A DNA stretch of 51,682 nucleotides from Thermodesulfobacteriota bacterium (GTDB taxonomy: Bacteria; Desulfobacterota; Desulfobulbia; Desulfobulbales; Desulfocapsaceae): assembly GCA_039715055.1 (NCBI GenBank), contig JBDLID010000004.1, positions 1 through 51,682 of the forward strand, read 5' to 3'. How positions within the stretch are numbered: position 1 is the first letter of the stretch; each line of letters begins with the position of its first letter. Of the stretch, positions 45,881 to 51,682 are shown piece after piece. The notes beneath the pieces are model-generated. The model did no database searches. It was given only the letters and a program-made list of their open reading frames with translations, and was not told the DNA's origin. The translations under genes and the position numbers were made by a program.

Positions 45881-46783
45881 ATGCCCAACCTGCATACCAA
45901 TCACCGCAAAGGAATTCAGCTAGCCGCATTCGGTGTGCTGGTTCTGAGTTTTGATGCGCTGCTCATCCGCCTTGCCGATACTACCCCCTGGAATGTGATG
46001 TTCTGGCGGGGAGGCCTGATGATGATTTCACTCTCTTTGCTGGTCATGATCCGCACCGGATTGAGGTCACTGCATGTAATCATGGCTTCCTGGAGAATTG
46101 TACTGCTGCTGTCAGTCATATACGGTATCAACGGTTCACTGTTCGTCACCGCCCTGTCGCTCACCAGTACCGCAAATACAGTAGTTATCCTGAGCTGCAG
46201 CGCCTTTTTTGCCGCCTTTTTCTCCTGGCTTCTACTGCGCGAACGACTACTTGCCAGGACCTGGCTTGCCATTAGTATCTGTGTTCTCGGAGTGGTTGTT
46301 GTCTTTTTCGGATCAATCGGCTACGCCAGCCTGGCCGGTGATCTTGTTGCCCTCCTGCTGGCTGTCTCCATGGGCATGGTATTTACCCTGTGGCGTCTCT
46401 ATTCACACCTGCCGCGCATGCCTGTCATTGGACTGAGCGGTCTGGTCATGTGTCTTATCGCCATCCCCATGTCCACGCCATTTTCCCTGCCCCAGGCAAG
46501 CTATCCATGGCTGATCATCATGGGGCTGATCCAGATTCCTGCAGCCTCGGTTTTATTGATGAGCGCCACCCGCTATCTCTCTTCACCGGAGGTCAGTCTT
46601 TTTCTGCTCATTGAAACGGTATTCGGCCCGATCTGGGTCTGGCTTGTCCTTGGTGAGGAGGTGGCACCGCTGACTCTCTGGGGAGGAGCCATTATTCTTA
46701 CCACCATCATCATCCACTCATGGATATCCATAAGGACGGAGCAGTGCCAGTTAAGTCCCGGCGACAGTCTTCATCCTGATTGA
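45881..46783 (+). CDS. DMT-superfamily (EamA-like) transporter with ~10 TM helices.
   Basis: A highly hydrophobic 300-aa ORF with duplicated EamA-like halves. Confidence 0.8.
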   Translation: MPNLHTNHRKGIQLAAFGVLVLSFDALLIRLADTTPWNVMFWRGGLMMISLSLLVMIRTGLRSLHVIMASWRIVLLLSVIYGINGSLFVTALSLTSTANTVVILSCSAFFAAFFSWLLLRERLLARTWLAISICVLGVVVVFFGSIGYASLAGDLVALLLAVSMGMVFTLWRLYSHLPRMPVIGLSGLVMCLIAIPMSTPFSLPQASYPWLIIMGLIQIPAASVLLMSATRYLSSPEVSLFLLIETVFGPIWVWLVLGEEVAPLTLWGGAIILTTIIIHSWISIRTEQCQLSPGDSLHPD

Positions 46784-46901
46784 GTCGGAGGGTCTTAAAA
46801 AAAACAGGGAGGGAATTGGGATATAACTGGTGGCCCCGGTGACCGGTGAGACTTTTATGGCCACCTGATGACACCCGGGACCCTTTTACGGTCATCGGGT
46901 T

Positions 46902-47261
46902 TTAAACAGGCTCTTTGAACAGTTTTTCAAGACATTCGGAAAAATCCCGTTCTCCCAGGCCGGAAAATTCAAAAAATTCGAGGCCAAGCCCTTTGGGCTT
47001 ACGGATTCTCTGCACCCAGCGAACAATCGCCTTGGCCTCGATATGCACCTCGTTTCCGTCATCGATGCACATAAAACTGAGGTTCAAGACAGTTCCTTTG
47101 GGCATCAGGCAGTCCGTACTGAGAAACATACCTCCAAGACTGCAGTTATCTGCAACCCCCTGCAGATACTGGCGTGTCTCTTTATCTTCGACCTTCTGTT
47201 CATTGAATCTCACCAGGACATTGGTTGCGACTCGTTTAAATTTCCGTTTATCTTCAAACAT
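46902..47261 (-). CDS. PilZ-domain (c-di-GMP-binding) protein.
   Basis: RxxxR (RKFKR) and D/NxSxGG (DNCSLGGMFL) motifs, 119 aa. Confidence 0.7.
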   Translation of the reverse strand: MFEDKRKFKRVATNVLVRFNEQKVEDKETRQYLQGVADNCSLGGMFLSTDCLMPKGTVLNLSFMCIDDGNEVHIEAKAIVRWVQRIRKPKGLGLEFFEFSGLGERDFSECLEKLFKEPV

Positions 47262-47421
47262 CTTTTCATCACCTTCAACGGATTCCTGCCGAAAACACTT
47301 ACCTTCACGGATAACTGCCGGACAATCTTTTTGCTGAGACCTGAGAAGTCCAGAAATTCAAATGGTCCTGTTTGATACAGACTAGCATCAACCAGAACCA
47401 TTTGAAACAACGGTTGTATGA

Positions 47422-47637
47422 CTATTTTTGCTTATACTTGAAAGAAACTGCAACTCTGGTCCGATAGGCCATTACTTTTCCTTTCTGAATCTGCATATCC
47501 ATCTTGACCACTTCAGCAATCCGTAAATCTTTCAGGTTCTTAGAGGTGGTCTCCACTGCATTTTTTGCCGCATCTTCCCAGGATTTTTTGCTGACACCAA
47601 CGATTTCGATAATCTTGTACACACTGGCCATAGTCAA
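47422..47637 (-). CDS. Dodecin-family flavin-binding protein.
   Basis: The 71-aa ORF reads MASVYKIIEIVGVSKKSWEDAAKNAVETTSKNLKDLRIAEV...YRTRVAVSFKY, matching the dodecin consensus. Confidence 0.8.
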   Translation of the reverse strand: MTMASVYKIIEIVGVSKKSWEDAAKNAVETTSKNLKDLRIAEVVKMDMQIQKGKVMAYRTRVAVSFKYKQK

Positions 47638-47878
47638 TCTCCTTGAAATGAGGTTTAAGATAGAAAAGGGTACTACTGTACCCCAGCTATCTAATTCTAT
47701 AGCCTATCACCTTTAGAATCTAAGAGAAAATGGTCCGAGGGATAAAAAGAGGGGGAAACAGGCCAAAGAAGACCTGCTTTTCCTGAATAAGGCCGGCTGT
47801 ATGAGACTGGACTTAAAAAACGGTCTCAAGTGCCCAGAAAACAAACACTCCCGCACCGAGGGAGCCGTAGAGGAGCAG

Positions 47879-47974
47879 TCAGGGGATGCAGTCGCTGCCG
47901 TATTTTTTGGCAACCACCGCAAAGGTAACAAGGCCTGCGATCCCTGAAATAATGAGAAAGAGAAGTTCCTGCAT
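47879..47974 (-). CDS. Candidate small membrane protein (31 aa, MQELLFLIISGIAGLVTFAVVAKKYGSDCIP) immediately downstream of typA. Not in the ORF track because it is under 60 aa.
   Basis: ATG preceded by a GAGGC SD 6 nt upstream. A single hydrophobic helix is followed by a KK anchor. No homology support. Confidence 0.25.
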   Translation of the reverse strand: MQELLFLIISGIAGLVTFAVVAKKYGSDCIP

Positions 47975-47982
47975 TGTTTGCC

Positions 47983-49782
47983 TCAGCCCTTGATGCGCAC
48001 GCCGGTCTTTTTACGAAGACGGATTGAGGCAGGGGTCACCTCCACCAGCTCGTCGTCATTGATGTAGGCAATACAGTCTTCCAGGGTCATGATGACCGGC
48101 GGGCTGAGAATAACCGCGTCATCTGAACCCGAGGCCCGGACATTTGTCAGCTTCTTTCCCTTTGCCGGATTGACGACAAGGTCGGATGGGCGGCTGTGCT
48201 CACCGATAATCTGCCCCTGATAAAGGGGAGCTCCGGGAGCAACAAAAAGCTTACCGCGATCCTGGAGATTAAAAAGGGCATAGGCAACGGCCGTACAGCT
48301 CGGTTCTTTAACGATCAGTACGCCGTTGATACGGTTCTTGATCTCTCCGGCATAGGGTCCGTAGTGGGCAAAGACATAGCTCATCATACCCATACCTTTG
48401 GTATCGGTCATAAATTCGGATTTGTAGCCGAGAAGGCCTCGGGTGGGGATGATAAACTTCATCCGCACCATGCCATTCTCACTGTTCATCTCTTCCATCT
48501 GCCCTTTGAGTTTGCCCAACTTTTCAATGACAGCGCCCTGGTAGAGCTCATCCACATCGACGGTCAGCTCTTCATAAGGCTCGAGCACCTGGCCGTCTTC
48601 CTCCTTCATGATCACCTCGGGCCGGGTGACCTGGAATTCGTAATCTTCCCGACGCATCTTTTCAATGAGGATGGAGAGATGCAGCTCACCACGGCCGGAG
48701 ACCCGGTAGCCGACACTGTCTGTCAAGGGTTCAACCTGCAGTGCCACATCGGCAAGAGTCTCACGGCTCAACCGTTCCTCAAGATGCCTGGAGGTGACAT
48801 ATTTGCCCTCCTTGCCGGCAAAGGGAGAGTCGTTGGGGATAAAACTCATGGAGATGGTCGGCGGATCGATATCAATAAGAGGCAGAGGCTGCGGATTGTC
48901 AGGATCGGTAAAGGTGACCCCGACAGTCACATCATCCATACCGGCAACGGCCACAATCTCACCGGTGATCGCAGACTCAACCGGAACCTGGCCGTCGCAT
49001 TCAAAACGAAAAATTTTGGTGATACGGATCGGCTTGATGGAACCGTCACGTCTGGCAACGACGATGGGCTGATTGATTGACATGGTGCCGTTCACCACCT
49101 TGCCAATCCCCAGGCGTCCAAGGTAGGGGGAATAATCTATGGTGCCGACCTGCATCTGCAGAGGGGCATCGATGGTTCCGGAAGGTGACGGAATATGCTC
49201 GGTGATCATCTTGGAGATGATATGCATATTGCCATCCTTAATTTCATCGTCCGGCTCTGCTATGGCATAGCCATCTTTGGCAGAGGCATAGACAATGGGA
49301 AAATCAAGAATATCGTCAGGGGCGTTGAGTTTGACAAAAAGATCAAAAACCTGATCAACCACCCATTCGGGGCGCGCCGCGGGTTTATCGATCTTGTTGA
49401 TGACGACGATCACCGGCAGATGATTGGCAAGGGCCTTTTTCAGGACAAAATAGGTCTGGGGCATGGGCCCTTCCTGGGCATCGACCAGAAGAAGAGCACC
49501 GTCAGCCATCCGCAGGACACGTTCCACCTGACCGCCGAAATCGGCATGACCGGGGGTGTCGATAATATTGATCCAGAAATCATCAAAGCGGTAGGAGCCG
49601 TTTTTGGCGGTAATGGTGATGCCGCGCTCCCGCTCCAGATCCATGGAGTCCATCAGTCGTTCCGCAACATCCTGGTTCTCCCGAAAGAGTCCGGAGTGCT
49701 TGAATAACTGATCTACAAGAGTGGTTTTGCCGTGATCAACATGGGCAATAATGGCCACGTTGCGTATTTTTTGCTGTTCCAT
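47983..49782 (-). CDS. typA: Translational GTPase TypA/BipA.
   Basis: The N-terminus is MEQQKIRNVAIIAHVDHGKTTLVDQLF, followed by GTPase G1-G4 motifs. The 599-aa EF-G-like architecture is present. Confidence 0.95.
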   Translation of the reverse strand: MEQQKIRNVAIIAHVDHGKTTLVDQLFKHSGLFRENQDVAERLMDSMDLERERGITITAKNGSYRFDDFWINIIDTPGHADFGGQVERVLRMADGALLLVDAQEGPMPQTYFVLKKALANHLPVIVVINKIDKPAARPEWVVDQVFDLFVKLNAPDDILDFPIVYASAKDGYAIAEPDDEIKDGNMHIISKMITEHIPSPSGTIDAPLQMQVGTIDYSPYLGRLGIGKVVNGTMSINQPIVVARRDGSIKPIRITKIFRFECDGQVPVESAITGEIVAVAGMDDVTVGVTFTDPDNPQPLPLIDIDPPTISMSFIPNDSPFAGKEGKYVTSRHLEERLSRETLADVALQVEPLTDSVGYRVSGRGELHLSILIEKMRREDYEFQVTRPEVIMKEEDGQVLEPYEELTVDVDELYQGAVIEKLGKLKGQMEEMNSENGMVRMKFIIPTRGLLGYKSEFMTDTKGMGMMSYVFAHYGPYAGEIKNRINGVLIVKEPSCTAVAYALFNLQDRGKLFVAPGAPLYQGQIIGEHSRPSDLVVNPAKGKKLTNVRASGSDDAVILSPPVIMTLEDCIAYINDDELVEVTPASIRLRKKTGVRIKG

Positions 49783-50208
49783 AATTTTTATCTAAACAGA
49801 GTGTGATCTATTGATCTTAAAAATTAGAGACGCCTGAAAGTGGTGTAAACTGGAAAGCCTTTCCACGTTTTTCAAGACAGGCGTCATAAATATATTTATA
49901 TGATAAACATTTTCGAAAATAAAAAAGCTCATTGTCTAACATATGGAAAGAAACCAGGCAAGAAAATACGGACAAATCGGATTTTAGCTGAGAATGACTC
50001 CCCTCTGGTCGACATTTTATTCCGGTCCGTCGACGATATCGTCGACTGTTGACCCTGTCAAACCGATTCCCCAACAATACAAAAAACTTTTTATTTCGAA
50101 AAATTATAGAGTTACAAAGTTACTGTTTGGTCAGGCATGCATATAGCAATCAAAACCGCATCATAAAACGCAGCTTCTTCAATAACACTCAGCAAAGGGG
50201 TAAAGACA

Positions 50209-50673
50209 ATGAAACTTGTAACAACATCCAAAGTAATTGGTGCGGCAATTCTCTTCTCCATGGCAGCCTGGCCTGTTCAGGGAATCTCCTCACAGAACCC
50301 GGTTGATCTCGATTCACTCCGGCAGCAGACTCTCAATAACACCTTGCAGGCAGATCTGGAATCACCTGTTAATACAGACTGGATTGTAGTCGCCGGCAGA
50401 GGCGGCGGGAACGGTGGTGGAGGCAATGGCAATGGTGGTGGTGGTAACGGCGGCGGTGCGGGAGCCGGAAACGGCAATGGCAACGGTGACGGTTCAGGGG
50501 ACGCGCCAGGGGACGGAACCGGTAACGGTCCCGGCGACGGATCAGGAGACGGCCCACAGGATGGCACCGGTTTTGGCGCGGGCAATGGCCCGGGTAACGG
50601 TGTTCATGAACCGGGAACAGGCGGCGGCCCTGGAAATGGCATCCACGTCCCGGGAACCGGGCTGACTGATTAG
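50209..50673 (+). CDS. Secreted low-complexity Gly/Asn/Asp-rich repeat protein.
   Basis: A signal peptide (MKLVTTSKVIGAAILFSMAAWPVQG) and a ~60-aa N-terminal region are followed by GNG/GDG/GPG repeats (GGGNGGGGNGNGGGGNGGGAGAGNGNGNGDGSGD...). Codon periodicity is consistent with the + strand. Confidence 0.55.
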   Translation: MKLVTTSKVIGAAILFSMAAWPVQGISSQNPVDLDSLRQQTLNNTLQADLESPVNTDWIVVAGRGGGNGGGGNGNGGGGNGGGAGAGNGNGNGDGSGDAPGDGTGNGPGDGSGDGPQDGTGFGAGNGPGNGVHEPGTGGGPGNGIHVPGTGLTD

Positions 50674-50800
50674 TGCCTTACTCCATGAAAACACCAATAA
50701 AAAAAAGAAGTGATGAGGTAGCTTTAAAATCACAAACTTAGAGTGATCACCAAACCACTTATCCAGCGACTCTAAAAAGTTTTACGACTTGTCGGGTCAG
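50670..50800 (+). repeat. Copy B of the ~130-bp dispersed repeat (see 23542..23673). It starts at the stop codon of the Gly-rich gene.
   Basis: By-eye alignment to copy A gives about 80% identity, in the same orientation. Confidence 0.6.
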
Positions 50801-50814
50801 CAACATTATTTATG

Positions 50815-50843
50815 CCGGAGGGGGATCTTGTACCCCTCTCCGG
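50815..50843. terminator. GC-rich hairpin (CCGGAGGGG...CCCCTCTCCGG) between the convergent Gly-rich gene and the helicase gene. Likely a bidirectional terminator.
   Basis: The ~9-bp stem with a 9-nt loop was read from the sequence. An A/U-rich tract follows on the - strand, and a moderately U-rich tract follows on the + strand. Confidence 0.4.
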
Positions 50844-50854
50844 CCCCCTCTCTT

Positions 50855-51682
50855 TCAAAGAGTCTCAAAAACCTTGCGCCTGGCCTCGGCCGATCGTTTC
50901 AGGGCCGATACCGAATCATCAACATAGTCAAAAACCCTGGCCTCCTTACCCTTTGCCGGACGCATAATCCGGCCGATTATCTGCAGCAGTCGCCCCTCAA
51001 AGGTGATGGGGGTGGTGAGAAAAAGACAGGTCAACCCCGGGCAGTCAAAGCCCTCGCCAATCAGCTGCAGGGTGGCGACGAGTACGCTGATCCTTCCCTC
51101 ACGCACATCGTCTACAACCTGGCTCCTCTTTTCCGCCGGAGTCTGACCGGTGAGCATGGCCACTTTAACACCCCTGTTCAACAGCAGCCGTTCAAAGAGC
51201 TCACAGTGAGTCACCCGATCTGAAACAACAAGCGATACCCCACCTTCCTTTTCACCGGCAACCGCAGCCACGTCGCCTACGATCTGGACATTACGTCCCT
51301 CGTCTTTTGTCAGGGCGGTGATGAGCGCCTGATAATCTCCCCTGTAACGGTAGCTGAACGCGGTCATTTTTCTGAAAAATTTCGGTTTGACAATTGCCCC
51401 GCTTTCAGCAAGTTCCAGCTTGTCCACCTGATGAATGCGGTCTCCCATGAAATAATAAATAAGACGGGTGGTCTGGTCATCGCTGCGAAAGGCGGTGGCG
51501 GAAAGGCCGAGCATGTAATAACAGTCGAAACGGCTCACCACATCGGTAAACAGACTTGCCGGAACACGGTGACACTCATCCACTACCAGGTGACCGAAGT
51601 GATCTTTCAACTCGTCCACCCGTTTCCTGGCACTGTTGACAATGGCCACGGTCACCGGCTCGATTGTAAAATGGCCATCTCC
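50855..51682 (-). CDS. Superfamily-2 DEAD/DEAH-box helicase (type III restriction res-subunit-like / RadD-like), C-terminal part. The gene continues beyond the window end.
   Basis: Motif II is DExH (VVDECHR), motif III is SAT (GLSATAF), and helicase C-terminal motifs include QIIGRIMR. The reading frame is open to the window edge. Confidence 0.75.
   Translation of the reverse strand, partial: GDGHFTIEPVTVAIVNSARKRVDELKDHFGHLVVDECHRVPASLFTDVVSRFDCYYMLGLSATAFRSDDQTTRLIYYFMGDRIHQVDKLELAESGAIVKPKFFRKMTAFSYRYRGDYQALITALTKDEGRNVQIVGDVAAVAGEKEGGVSLVVSDRVTHCELFERLLLNRGVKVAMLTGQTPAEKRSQVVDDVREGRISVLVATLQLIGEGFDCPGLTCLFLTTPITFEGRLLQIIGRIMRPAKGKEARVFDYVDDSVSALKRSAEARRKVFETL

Noticed and set aside
47713-47931. 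72-aa - strand ORF between dodecin and typA.
   Set aside because: It has low-complexity Ser/Leu/Pro-rich composition and no RBS. It overlaps the better-supported 31-aa small ORF in another frame.
49817-50306. Two small ORFs (86 aa on - and 85 aa on +) in the AT-rich typA upstream region.
   Set aside because: The region is AT-rich promoter DNA, and the ORFs have no RBS or homology. It is likely non-coding.
50277-50585. 102-aa proline-rich - strand ORF, plus other antisense ORFs over the Gly-rich gene.
   Set aside because: It is the mirror image of the GGN-rich coding repeats (CCN codons on the opposite strand). The + strand has the signal peptide and start context.
50395-50640. Tandem nucleotide repeats (ggcaatggc / ggtaacgg / ggcgacgg), considered as a CRISPR array or VNTR.
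   Set aside because: There are no unique spacers, and the period-3 structure lies inside an ORF. It is a coding low-complexity region, not CRISPR.
23542-50800. The two ~130-bp direct repeats, considered as attL/attR boundaries of a 27-kb integrated island.
   Set aside because: There is no integrase, tRNA or mobility gene. The interval contains housekeeping genes such as typA. The copies are only ~80% identical, with diverged centres, which is unlike recombination-generated att sites.

Overview
This 51.7-kb window is a gene-dense bacterial chromosomal segment on both strands. The gene content suggests an anaerobic Deltaproteobacterium/Desulfobacterota-type organism (inference): indolepyruvate:ferredoxin oxidoreductase with phenylacetate-CoA ligase, a selenoprotein, many hybrid sensor kinases and about 50% GC. 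Recognisable genes are: iorA-iorB-paaK (aromatic amino-acid fermentation); an M50 site-2 protease; a Tat-signal ferritin-like lipoprotein; two PAS hybrid histidine kinases; a FadL-type outer-membrane channel with an acyl-CoA synthetase; an S11 D-Ala-D-Ala carboxypeptidase; an SOS mutagenesis locus (lexA-DUF72 then imuB-dnaE2); a DUF1566 protein; a GDSL esterase; a secreted tandem OB-fold protein; panE, a HAD hydrolase and a NUDIX hydrolase; a histidine phosphatase; DUF808; a LysR-GNAT-DapF-like unit; GNAT; rhodanese; a B12-radical SAM enzyme; TetR; an ACT protein; a deiodinase-like selenoprotein; a MocR-like regulator fused to a LysR effector domain; PhzF; a Cache-HAMP sensor; an orphan solute-binding protein; flotillin; an FGase-like protein; a DMT transporter; PilZ; dodecin; typA; a Gly-rich secreted protein; and a partial SF2 helicase. 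No rRNA, tRNA, CRISPR array, integrase or transposase was recognised.

The most unusual observations are:
(1) An in-frame UGA inside a thioredoxin-fold gene carrying the deiodinase-type FGSxxUPPF motif (31517..32152). I read this as a selenocysteine codon rather than a pseudogene.
(2) A ~145-bp array of telomere-like (TTTAGGG / GGGTATAA) G-tract repeats directly upstream of lexA.
(3) A non-canonical SOS mutagenesis cassette in which a DUF72/YecE gene, translationally coupled to lexA, sits where imuA normally lies. It is separated from imuB-dnaE2 by a ~100-bp nested perfect inverted repeat.
(4) Two copies of a ~130-bp dispersed intergenic repeat at 23542..23673 and 50670..50800, possibly a multicopy sRNA or repeat element.
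(5) A DapF-family protein with both catalytic cysteines replaced by serine, translationally coupled to a GNAT acetyltransferase.
(6) A three-domain GntR-HTH / aminotransferase / LysR-effector-domain regulator fusion.

All coordinates of hand-located motifs are ±2 bp.
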